Positions 27,083 to 35,456 of a stretch of 64,000 bases of DNA are shown here, in pieces. Source of the DNA: Nitrospirota bacterium. GTDB lineage: Bacteria > Nitrospirota > Thermodesulfovibrionia > Thermodesulfovibrionales > UBA9159. Numbering within the stretch: position 1 is the stretch's first letter; each line of letters begins with the position of its first letter. Position numbers and translations under genes: made by a program. The notes under the pieces are model-generated. The model did no database searches, had not been told where the DNA came from, and was given only the letters and a program-made list of their open reading frames with translations. The stretch covers positions 7,462-71,461 of the forward strand of contig JBBISG010000002.1 in NCBI GenBank assembly GCA_037441365.1. The letters are read 5' to 3'.

Positions 27083-29167
27083 ATGAATAAGATCCTTACC
27101 CTCTGTCCTTACTGTGGGTGTGGTTGTGGCATCCATCTTCATGAAGAGAATGGACTTATTACAGGTGTCTCTCCAAGCAGGTCGCATCCAGTAAACAAAG
27201 GAAGTCTATGTGTAAAGGGCTGGAATGCCCATGAATTCATTCACCATCCTGATAGACTGAAATATCCGGTTATTAAGAAAGACGGAGAACTGAAAAGGAC
27301 TACATGGAAAGAGGCCCTCGATTTTATTGCGGCACGGCTTAATGAAATCAGGGAAAGATACGGATCTGACTCCATAGGGATCCTCAGTTCAGCAAAATGC
27401 ACAAATGAGGAAAACTACCTGATGATGAAGTTTGCAAGGGCTGTGCTGGGAACAAATAACATAGACCACTGTGCAAGACTCTGCCATTCCTCAACAGTTG
27501 GTGGTCTTGCAGCAGCCTTTGGTTCAGGTGCCATGACCAACTCCATCATCGAGATTGCCGATGCGAAGGTTCTCTTTGTTATAGGTTCAAATACCACAGA
27601 GCAGCACCCAATGATAGCAATGCATATGCTTGAGGCCGTTGACAGGGGAGCCACATTGATTGTGGCAGACCCGAGGAGGACAAAGATAGCCGAGTTTGCC
27701 CATACCCATTTGAGGCACAGGGGCGGCACAGATGTTGCCCTCCTTATGGGGATAATGAATGTCATAGTAAACGAAGGGCTTGTTGATGTGGATTTTGTCA
27801 GACGAAGGACAGAGAACTTTGATATCTTTGAAGAGTCACTCAGGCGATATCCCCCGGTGGTCGTTGAGAGTATTGCAGGTGTGAAGGCCAGTGATATAAG
27901 GAGGGTGGCAAGAATCTATGCCATGGAGAAACGCTCAATGCTCTTTTATGCTATGGGAATTACCCAGCATGTAACTGGGGTCGACAATGTAAGGGCATGT
28001 GCAAACCTCGTTATGCTTACAGGTCATATAGGACTGCCAATGTCAGGGATTAACCCCCTGCGGGGGCAGAACAATGTGCAGGGGGCCTGTGACATGGGTG
28101 CTCTGCCAGATTTCTATACGGGTTATCAGAGAGTAACAGACCCCATGGCAAGAAGGAAGTTCGAAAGGGCGTGGAGAAAGAGATTGCCGCAAAAACCTGG
28201 ATTGACCTTGATGGAGATGGTGGACAGGGCATACGAGGGCAGTCTCAAGGCAATGTATATTATGGGAGAAAATCCTATGATTTCTGACCCACACCTTAAT
28301 CATTTAAGGGATGCCATGGAGAGGCTTGAATTTTTAGTAGTTCAGGACATCTTTCCTAATGAGACCTCAGAATATGCAGATGTGATACTCCCGGCTGCAT
28401 CCTATGCAGAAAAGGACGGGACATTTACGAACACGGAACGGCGAGTTCAATTGATTAGAAAGGCAATCGAACCCATAGGTGAATCAAGACCTGACTGGGA
28501 GATCATATGTGACCTTTCAAGCAGGATGGGATATAAAATGAATTATAGAGGTACATACGAAATAATGGAAGAGATTGCACTCTTAACGCCCTCATATGGT
28601 GGGATACTCCATCACCGGCTCAATGAAGGCTTTGGTTTACAATGGCCCTGTCCTGATAGTAATCATCCGGGGACACAGTATCTTCATAGAAAAAAGTTTG
28701 CCAGAGGTCTTGGCACCTTTATTACAGTTGATTTTATACCACCTGATGAGCCACCTGATGAAACATATCCTTTACTTCTTACCACGGGCAGGATTTACTT
28801 CCGTTACCACACTCGAACCATGTGCGGTAGAACATCTGTGCTTGAAAGGGAAGAGCCCGAATGTTTTGTGGAGATAAATCCTGTAGATGCAGAAAAACTC
28901 GGCATAAAGGATAGGTCAATGGTAAGGGTAATGTCCAGAAGGGGGTCCATTGAAGTGAGAGCCTATGTCACAAACAGAACACCTGAAGGAATTGTCTTTA
29001 TCCCCTTCCATTTCAGGGAAGCTACTGTAAATATTCTAACAAATCCTGCTACAGACCCAACAGCAAAGATACCTGAATATAAGGTCTGTGCTGTAAAAGT
29101 AGAGCCGCTTCTTAAAGGGCAAAAAATAGAGAGGCCACATCTTGTAGAGGCAATGAGAAATACATGA
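27083..29167 (+). CDS. fdhA: formate dehydrogenase catalytic subunit (molybdo/tungstopterin bis-MGD oxidoreductase), Cys-type
   Basis: N-terminal 4Fe-4S motif CPYCGCGCG...CVKG. Active-site context HCARLCHSSTV has Cys where selenoproteins carry TGA/Sec. 694 aa. Confidence 0.8.
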   Translation: MNKILTLCPYCGCGCGIHLHEENGLITGVSPSRSHPVNKGSLCVKGWNAHEFIHHPDRLKYPVIKKDGELKRTTWKEALDFIAARLNEIRERYGSDSIGILSSAKCTNEENYLMMKFARAVLGTNNIDHCARLCHSSTVGGLAAAFGSGAMTNSIIEIADAKVLFVIGSNTTEQHPMIAMHMLEAVDRGATLIVADPRRTKIAEFAHTHLRHRGGTDVALLMGIMNVIVNEGLVDVDFVRRRTENFDIFEESLRRYPPVVVESIAGVKASDIRRVARIYAMEKRSMLFYAMGITQHVTGVDNVRACANLVMLTGHIGLPMSGINPLRGQNNVQGACDMGALPDFYTGYQRVTDPMARRKFERAWRKRLPQKPGLTLMEMVDRAYEGSLKAMYIMGENPMISDPHLNHLRDAMERLEFLVVQDIFPNETSEYADVILPAASYAEKDGTFTNTERRVQLIRKAIEPIGESRPDWEIICDLSSRMGYKMNYRGTYEIMEEIALLTPSYGGILHHRLNEGFGLQWPCPDSNHPGTQYLHRKKFARGLGTFITVDFIPPDEPPDETYPLLLTTGRIYFRYHTRTMCGRTSVLEREEPECFVEINPVDAEKLGIKDRSMVRVMSRRGSIEVRAYVTNRTPEGIVFIPFHFREATVNILTNPATDPTAKIPEYKVCAVKVEPLLKGQKIERPHLVEAMRNT

Positions 29168-29187
29168 AGGTGAAGGCGTAAGTATTA

Positions 29188-30294
29188 GTGGGTGAGGTAA
29201 CAGTGGGTGAATGGATACTGGATAAAAATCATCTCTCATACTGGCTGAGACAGTTAAGAAAAGACAGAGAGCTCATTGGCCCATTAAGGAATGAAGGCAA
29301 GGATATAGTTTTCAGTACTGTTGATAAGATCCACGAGCTTGTTCTTGACTGTCCTGCCTTACTTCCTTCGCCAAAGGAGTTCCTTTTTCCCCAATATGAA
29401 GCCATGCTTAGATATACTCCCAAAAATTTTTTGGGGTCCCCGACAAAGAAAGGCACAGGTATCAGCAGGAAAGCCGTGAATAGTGGTACAGATATCATTG
29501 ACCTGGCGGACAGAAAAGAGAGGGTTGTCTTTGGGATAAGGTCATGTGATATCTCTGCCCTGAGTCTTCTGGACAGATTTTATCTTGAAGGGTACAGAGA
29601 CCTTTATTACGAGCACAGGAGAAAAAATACCCTCTTTATATCAGTAGTCTGCAACAATCCAGACCCTACATGTTTCTGTATTGGCCTCGGAACAGGACCT
29701 TATCTTGAAAAGGGCTTTGATATCCAGATGACTGACCTCGGTGACAGGTATTTTTTACAGACAGACTCTGCTGAAGGAACAAGGACACTTAGGTCCATGG
29801 GTTTTCTTTTTCGAAAGCCTAAGAAACTGGATTATGAAGACCAGTATGAGGTTTTTCTCAGTTCAAAGGCAAGATTCCAGAAAAGGATAAACCTCGAGGG
29901 TATAAGACAGATTATTCTTTCAGGGAGCTTAAAGGATGATTTTTGGGAAAAGGTTGCCCTGAGGTGTTTTGAATGCGGTGGCTGTGTCTATAACTGCCCC
30001 CTCTGCACATGCTTCACTGTGACTGACAGGGAATATACTGAGGGTATTGAGAGGATAAGATTATGGGACACATGCCTTTTTAAGGGATTCACACGAATGG
30101 CAGGGGGATTGCTTCCCAATGAAAGAATGGTTCTCAGAACCAAGAGGTGGTATTATCATAAATTGATTTATTATCCGGAGACACTGGGTGGTTTCGGGTG
30201 CGTTGGTTGCGGCAGGTGCACCATCACCTGTCCCGGGAAAATTGATATGGCCACTATCACAACAAAGATAAAGGGTCTTAGCCTAAATGGATAA
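29188..30294 (+). CDS. 4Fe-4S cluster subunit, AsrA / sulfhydrogenase HydB-like
   Basis: CFECGGCVYNCPLCTCF and CVGCGRCTITCPG motifs. 368 aa. GTG start. Confidence 0.6.
   Translation: MGEVTVGEWILDKNHLSYWLRQLRKDRELIGPLRNEGKDIVFSTVDKIHELVLDCPALLPSPKEFLFPQYEAMLRYTPKNFLGSPTKKGTGISRKAVNSGTDIIDLADRKERVVFGIRSCDISALSLLDRFYLEGYRDLYYEHRRKNTLFISVVCNNPDPTCFCIGLGTGPYLEKGFDIQMTDLGDRYFLQTDSAEGTRTLRSMGFLFRKPKKLDYEDQYEVFLSSKARFQKRINLEGIRQIILSGSLKDDFWEKVALRCFECGGCVYNCPLCTCFTVTDREYTEGIERIRLWDTCLFKGFTRMAGGLLPNERMVLRTKRWYYHKLIYYPETLGGFGCVGCGRCTITCPGKIDMATITTKIKGLSLNG
29418..29441. repeat. P-element-like short variant P3 inside the FeS-subunit gene
   Basis: TCCCAAAAATTTTTTGGGGTCCCC (loop-less palindrome), translated as PKNFLGSP. 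Confidence 0.5.
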
Positions 30295-31198
30295 AACAAT
30301 GAATAGGTGGCAAAGTAACAGTGACGAAAGAAAAGTAAAGAAAGGCGCAGGTATTAGTAAAGAAAACATCTACATACCTATCAATGGAAGAATCGAGGAG
30401 GTAATACAGCTGACTGATGATGTAAGGCTTTTCAGGGTTAGACCCGATACCCCGTTGAATTACAGTCCAGGACAGTTTTTTATGGTTTCGGTCTGGGGTG
30501 CTGGTGAGGTTCCGATATCTGTAGCATCTCTGTTCGGTGGCGTAATTAACGGTTCTGAAGAAAAGGGGATACTGGAACTCTGTATCAGAAAGACAGGACT
30601 TGTGACTACCGCAATCCACTCCTTACAAAAAGGGCAATCAGTTGGATTAAGAGGACCCTATGGCAATGGCTTTCCCCTTGATATATCAAAAGGCAGGGAT
30701 GTGGTTTTGGTTGCAGGAGGAATTGGCATAGCCCCTCTGAGACCTCTCATTCAGTGGTTTATAAAGAATAGGCACAGAGATGGAGAGGTAACCCTCCTTT
30801 ATGGTTCAAGGACACCTGATGATGTGATGTTTATGAATGAGGTGGAGAGATGGAGGGCTGGAGGCATAAAGGTGGTTCTTACTGTTGATAGAGGCAACGA
30901 AAACTGGAACGGTCATGTGGGTCTTGTGACAGGCCATTTGCATAAGGTAAATACAGACTTTAAAAAGGCTGTAGCTTATATGTGTGGTCCTGAGGTGATG
31001 ATAAAGGCTGCCATGAGGGAGCTCTTTTCCCTTGGAATGTCTGAGGAGCTCATAATTGCTACCCTTGAGGCACATATGAAATGCGGGGTTGGTAAGTGTG
31101 GTCATTGCTATGCAGGCTCCAAATACATATGCACCGATGGTCCGGTTTTTTCCTGTAGAGAGATTAAAGAAAATTCTATCTGGGAAATGTCAATCTGA
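30287..31198 (+). CDS. FAD/NAD(P)-binding plus 2Fe-2S subunit, AsrB / HydG / PyrK-like
   Basis: Ferredoxin-reductase-type fold (GQFFMVSVWG, VLVAGGIGIAPLRPL) with C-terminal CGVGKCGHCYAGSKYICTDGPVF. Confidence 0.65.
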   Translation: MDKTMNRWQSNSDERKVKKGAGISKENIYIPINGRIEEVIQLTDDVRLFRVRPDTPLNYSPGQFFMVSVWGAGEVPISVASLFGGVINGSEEKGILELCIRKTGLVTTAIHSLQKGQSVGLRGPYGNGFPLDISKGRDVVLVAGGIGIAPLRPLIQWFIKNRHRDGEVTLLYGSRTPDDVMFMNEVERWRAGGIKVVLTVDRGNENWNGHVGLVTGHLHKVNTDFKKAVAYMCGPEVMIKAAMRELFSLGMSEELIIATLEAHMKCGVGKCGHCYAGSKYICTDGPVFSCREIKENSIWEMSI

Positions 31199-31205
31199 GC
31201 CTTTT

Positions 31206-31434
31206 ATGGAAAGACTTTCTGTTTTAGAGATCTTAGACAGGCAAAACAAAAAACTCTCCCACACTCGCTGCATCAGCCAACTATAGAACGATTCTTTAAC
31301 GTAACAAATGGGAAGTGAAGACTTCCTATTTCCTACTTCTTACTTCCTATGTGCCTGGTGCCCCTACACTTGCACAGAGGCTGCGTGAGGCGATGGAGAT
31401 GGGCGTTGAGATCCAGTGCTGTTCCCAGACGATT
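31206..31434 (+). pseudogene. composite gene remnant: first 18 codons of an activator paralog fused to two fragments of the dsrE-like gene, interrupted by a hairpin repeat
   Basis: 31206-31259 is about 81% identical to 24150-24203 (my hand alignment gives 10 mismatches in 54). 31259-31297 is identical to 26611-26649. 31350-31434 is identical to 26711-26795. Confidence 0.8.
31310..31350. repeat. H-element H6 interrupting the dsrE-like gene remnant
   Basis: GGGAAGTGAAG - ACTTCCT ATTTCCT ACTTCTT ACTTCCT. Same unit type as H10. Confidence 0.65.
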
Positions 31435-31439
31435 CCGAT

Positions 31440-32819
31440 TCAGGCAGAACCCTTGATCTTGATACCGTATTTCTTGAGCTTAAGATAAAGGGTTTTTCTA
31501 TCGATACCGAGTATCTGGCTCGCCCTCGATCGATTTTCGTTTGCCTCCTTGAGGACCCTGAGTATATGGTCTCTTTCCATATCCTCAAGCGAAAGAGGTG
31601 TCCCAGAAAAATCCTGCGGCAGCCATGGGTGGAGAGGTGCTGTCTCCCCCAGCGGAAAGACCGCTATAGAAAGGGATTCAGGCCCTATATTTTCCGAGTC
31701 GCAAAGGATTACAGCCCTCTCAATGACATTTTCGAGCTCTCTGACATTGCCGGGCCAGGGGTAGTTAATGAGTATCTCTACCGCCTCCATGGTGAATCCC
31801 AGAATGGACTTTGATAGTTTCTGGCTGTATTTCTTCAAAAAGTATCTTGAGAGCTCAGGGATATCTTCCCTTCTTTCTCTGAGCGGTGGGATGTTTATGT
31901 TTATGACATTCAACCTGTAATACAAATCCTGTCTGAATTTTCCCTCTTTGATGAGTTCCGTCAAGTCTCTGTTAGTAGCCGCAATTACCCTTACATCAAC
32001 AGTAATGGTCTTATTACCACCTACCCTCCTGAATTCACCTGAGTCAAGAAAGCGTAGAAGTTTTGCCTGCAGTCCCAGGGGCATCTCACCGATCTCATCA
32101 AGGAAAAGCGTTCCCTTATCAGCCACCTCAACGATGCCATACTTTGTTTGATAGGCATTCGTAAATGCGCCTTTCTCATGACCAAACAATTCAGATTCTA
32201 TCAGGTTTTCTGAAAAGGTGGCACAGTTCAGGGCTATAAATGGAAGTGTATTCCTTTTGCTGTACTGCCATATAAGATTGGCGACAAGTTCTTTACCTGT
32301 CCCGCTTTCTCCCTGAATAAAAGCTGTAGAATCAGTCGGCGCAATCTTTTTGATTAATGCAAGGATATCTTCGAGCTTTTTGCTTTTATATACAAACTCT
32401 GCCGGTGATTCTTTCCTGACAAGTTCCTGTTGAAACAGTTCACTCTTCTTTTTCAGCCTTCCATATTCATAGGCCCTGCTTATTACAATAATGAGTTCCT
32501 CAAGTTTATAAGGCTTGGTGAGATAATCATAGGCGCCATTCTTCATGGCCTCAACAGCCGTCTCGACAGTGGCCCTGCCTGTCAGGACGATGATAACTGG
32601 AGCTGCAGGGTCTTCCTTCAGCCTCCTCATAAGTGAAATGCCGTCGATCCCCGGCATCACAATATCGAGAAGGATAACATCAAAGGATTTATCCTTAAGC
32701 AGCTCAAGGGCCGCTTCTCCATCAGGTGCCACCTCTGTGTAAAACCCCTTTCTCGTAAGCTCTTTCTTGAGCAGTCTTCTTAAGGGTTCTTCATCATCAA
32801 CTACAAGTATCCTTATCAC
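31440..32819 (-). CDS. NtrC-family sigma-54-dependent response regulator (REC-AAA+-HTH), GAFTNA variant
   Basis: ILVVDDE...DVILLDIVMPGIDG, GESGTGKELVA, ESELFGHEKGAFTNA, C-terminal HTH RSRASQILGIDRKTLYLKLKKYG. Confidence 0.85.
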   Translation of the reverse strand: MIRILVVDDEEPLRRLLKKELTRKGFYTEVAPDGEAALELLKDKSFDVILLDIVMPGIDGISLMRRLKEDPAAPVIIVLTGRATVETAVEAMKNGAYDYLTKPYKLEELIIVISRAYEYGRLKKKSELFQQELVRKESPAEFVYKSKKLEDILALIKKIAPTDSTAFIQGESGTGKELVANLIWQYSKRNTLPFIALNCATFSENLIESELFGHEKGAFTNAYQTKYGIVEVADKGTLFLDEIGEMPLGLQAKLLRFLDSGEFRRVGGNKTITVDVRVIAATNRDLTELIKEGKFRQDLYYRLNVININIPPLRERREDIPELSRYFLKKYSQKLSKSILGFTMEAVEILINYPWPGNVRELENVIERAVILCDSENIGPESLSIAVFPLGETAPLHPWLPQDFSGTPLSLEDMERDHILRVLKEANENRSRASQILGIDRKTLYLKLKKYGIKIKGSA

Positions 32820-32840
32820 TGTAATGGCACCACCAATCTC

Positions 32841-35357
32841 CTATTTGGGTTTGGGATAAAGTTCTCCCTTTGCCTTTAACTTTATGATGAATGTCGTCCC
32901 CTTTCCTTCTTCGCTCTCCACATCGATGGTCCCACCGTGTTCTTCCACGATCTTGAGGCCGATCGCAAGCCCAAGCCCTGTCCCCTCACCGACAGGCTTT
33001 GTTGTAAAAAATGGATCGAATATTTTATCGATGAGATCACCTCTGATCCCTATACCGTTGTCCTTAATGGAGACCCTGATCCAATTGTCAGCCGTCTGCA
33101 ATCCCAGGGCTTCTACTGGATGGTCCTTCTCTGTTTTAATAACAATGCTTCCACCCTCAGGTGTGAAATAGAGGGAATTGATAATTATGTTCATAAAGAG
33201 CTGCCTCAGACTGCCAGGGTCTGCATATATCTTTGGTAAATCTCTGTTCAGCTTTAGCTCTATGTTGTGCTTGAGTCGTGTGGCCTTATGATTCACCAGA
33301 AGTATTACCTCCTTTATGAGTTCATTGATGTCTATTTCCCGAAATGCAGCTCCCTGCGGCCCTGCAAATTCGAGCAGGCTCTGCAATATTTTCTTGCATC
33401 TGAATATCTCGTTATGAATTGTCCCAAGATACTCTGGAAAATCCTCAAATTCCTCGATCTGTAACAGCCTTTCATCCTTGGACCTTTCAAGAAGAGCCTC
33501 TGAATAACCTGCAATTATACTGAGTGGGTTATTGATCTCGTGGGCAATGCCAGCAGCAAGTGTTCCCAGGGATGCAAGCTTGTCTGCCCTTATAAGCTGT
33601 TGTTCAAGAAGCCTTTGAGAGGTAACATCCTTCAGATAGTGAACGATTGCATAAAGTCGCCCATCTTCATCAATCAATGGATAGGCCCAGAAATGGAAGA
33701 TATTTCCACCCGTACCTTTAAGCTCTCTGAAAGATGGCCTTCCGGTTAAAAGGGTGTCCGAACACAGACATCCAGGGCTATGAATCCCTAACCTATCGAG
33801 GATCTCTTTACATTTTTTCCCGGATACCCCAAATGTCGAAAGGCCTGATTTTTCTAAAAGGGTGCGATTAGCACGAATGACGCATTGACCTTCATCCTCG
33901 ATCCATACCATATCTGTAATCGCATCAAAGGTCCTTTCCCATTCCTTTTTCTCCCTTGATATCTCTTCAAAAAGAAGGGCGTTTTCAAGGGCTATGGATA
34001 TATGTTTTGCGACAGGGAGTAATATGTCGAGGTCCTTTTCCGAGTATCTAAAAGGCACTGTGCTATAGAGATTGAAAACACCGAGTATCTTATCCTGGAA
34101 GAGTGGTATGCTGATAATAGACCTGATGCCTTCATCAAGCAACTTCCTGTCGTCAGGGAATCTTATTCCCGTTGAAAGATCGTAGTTTATCAATGGCTGA
34201 TTATTTTTAAGGACCCACCCTGCAGTCGTGCCCTCAATGGGGATGCGCACACCTTTCTTCAGATCGGTCTTTAAAGAGGTATCGAGGGCGAAGATAAACA
34301 GGTCATTCTCGTTTTCATCAAAAAGTAAGATGCTTCCACTGTCGTAATCAATAAGCCTCTTTATCTCGTGCATCATTATCCTGAAGACGGTGCCTATGCT
34401 CAGACTTGAGTTGATAATGCCACTCAGCTCATTAATAAGTTCTATCTGCCTCATCTTCTCCTGCAGCTGCCCGATCAGTTTCGCATTCTCAATCGCAACG
34501 CCAAGTTGGCTCCCTATAGTCTTCAAGAGCTGGATATCCATGGCAGTAAAATACGATGCCTTCTGACTCGCCACACCAAGGACCCCCAAAATAGTCCCCT
34601 TAGAAGATATCGGTACGCCTGCTATACTTTTTATCTTCGTATCCCTGCATGTCGCCCTCGGATCAGCATGGGCATCCTTGACAAGCAATGGCCTGTTGGA
34701 AGAAAAAACCTTACCGCTGAACGACTCTCCGGGTTTTAACCGTTTATCCCTCCCACAGATGTCAACAGTTACGCCTTTCTGGACCGCAGGGGTGAGATCC
34801 CTGGTCTTATCATCAATCAGGTATATCCATCCACCATCTGTTTCCATAAGTAAGAGTAACATATCAATAGTTTCCTGCATTATCTTCTCGGTGTCGCTAT
34901 CCCCTGTAAGTATCTTTGCAAAGGTATCGAAGATAGAAAGTTCCTTTGTCCTCTGGGATGCCTTCATTTGAAGTCTCTTCTGGTCAGAGATGTCCTGTAT
35001 TACAATGAGGGTCTGTATGTCTCTGTATCGAGGGATAACAGATACCCTTGCAAGAAAGAACTCACCGTTTTTCTTCTTGCAGAAGGACTCGAAATGAATG
35101 CCGCACAGGCTAACATCTTCGGGGAAGGATGAAACAGGTGACAAAGGGTATGATAATTCACAGACGGAGTCGGGACCGGATACAATAACTTCAGTGATGG
35201 TTTTACCTGTGATTTCATCAGGGGTGTAATGAAATATACCTTGAGCCGCAATATTGAGCGCTACAATCCTTTGTCCCTCTGTTATAAAAACAGGTATTGT
35301 GAGAGAATCAAAAATGTTTAGCAGGATATCAGATTCTTTGTCAGGCAAAATTCTCAT
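32841..35357 (-). CDS. multi-domain sensor histidine kinase (PAS-GAF-GAF-PAS-HisKA-HATPase)
   Basis: H-box GIAHEINNPL; N, G1 and G2 boxes (...DNGIGI...GTGLGLAI...). 838 aa. No clear TM segment. Confidence 0.8.
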   Translation of the reverse strand: MRILPDKESDILLNIFDSLTIPVFITEGQRIVALNIAAQGIFHYTPDEITGKTITEVIVSGPDSVCELSYPLSPVSSFPEDVSLCGIHFESFCKKKNGEFFLARVSVIPRYRDIQTLIVIQDISDQKRLQMKASQRTKELSIFDTFAKILTGDSDTEKIMQETIDMLLLLMETDGGWIYLIDDKTRDLTPAVQKGVTVDICGRDKRLKPGESFSGKVFSSNRPLLVKDAHADPRATCRDTKIKSIAGVPISSKGTILGVLGVASQKASYFTAMDIQLLKTIGSQLGVAIENAKLIGQLQEKMRQIELINELSGIINSSLSIGTVFRIMMHEIKRLIDYDSGSILLFDENENDLFIFALDTSLKTDLKKGVRIPIEGTTAGWVLKNNQPLINYDLSTGIRFPDDRKLLDEGIRSIISIPLFQDKILGVFNLYSTVPFRYSEKDLDILLPVAKHISIALENALLFEEISREKKEWERTFDAITDMVWIEDEGQCVIRANRTLLEKSGLSTFGVSGKKCKEILDRLGIHSPGCLCSDTLLTGRPSFRELKGTGGNIFHFWAYPLIDEDGRLYAIVHYLKDVTSQRLLEQQLIRADKLASLGTLAAGIAHEINNPLSIIAGYSEALLERSKDERLLQIEEFEDFPEYLGTIHNEIFRCKKILQSLLEFAGPQGAAFREIDINELIKEVILLVNHKATRLKHNIELKLNRDLPKIYADPGSLRQLFMNIIINSLYFTPEGGSIVIKTEKDHPVEALGLQTADNWIRVSIKDNGIGIRGDLIDKIFDPFFTTKPVGEGTGLGLAIGLKIVEEHGGTIDVESEEGKGTTFIIKLKAKGELYPKPK

Positions 35358-35456
35358 ATTTATATTATTATATCAAGGTAATAAAAAGATTTGAAGACGC
35401 GAGGGGGCACACCTTTGTGAGAGGTGACCCTGGGGCAAAGTGGGTTAGGAGGGCAG

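Noticed and set aside
26900-27187. 95-aa minus-strand ORF (...HSERSEESHIFAQDKL...) and an imperfect hairpin CTGAGCGAA...TTCGCTACGCTCAG flanked by AGGGTTC direct repeats in the dsrE-fdhA gap.
   Set aside because: The ORF overlaps the fdhA start and reads through a repeat-like hairpin. Only one copy lies in the window, so I cannot establish it as a repeat family or regulatory site. It may be worth a genome-wide search.
27083-29167. Selenocysteine recoding in fdhA.
   Set aside because: The active-site position is a Cys codon (CARLCHSS), and the ORF has no in-frame TGA. No SECIS is needed.
35358-35456. A cobalamin riboswitch upstream of cbiET, and likewise upstream of the corrinoid-protein genes (20409-20545).
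   Set aside because: The gaps are about 100-140 nt, and I could not find a B12-box-like core (GCCACTG and its conserved context). The 20409-20545 gap has only a simple GGGGAGT-GCAA-ACTCCCC hairpin. GGGCACACCTTTGTGAG at about 35408 resembles a sigma-54 site, but the -12 spacing is off by one and TTGC is replaced by TTGT.
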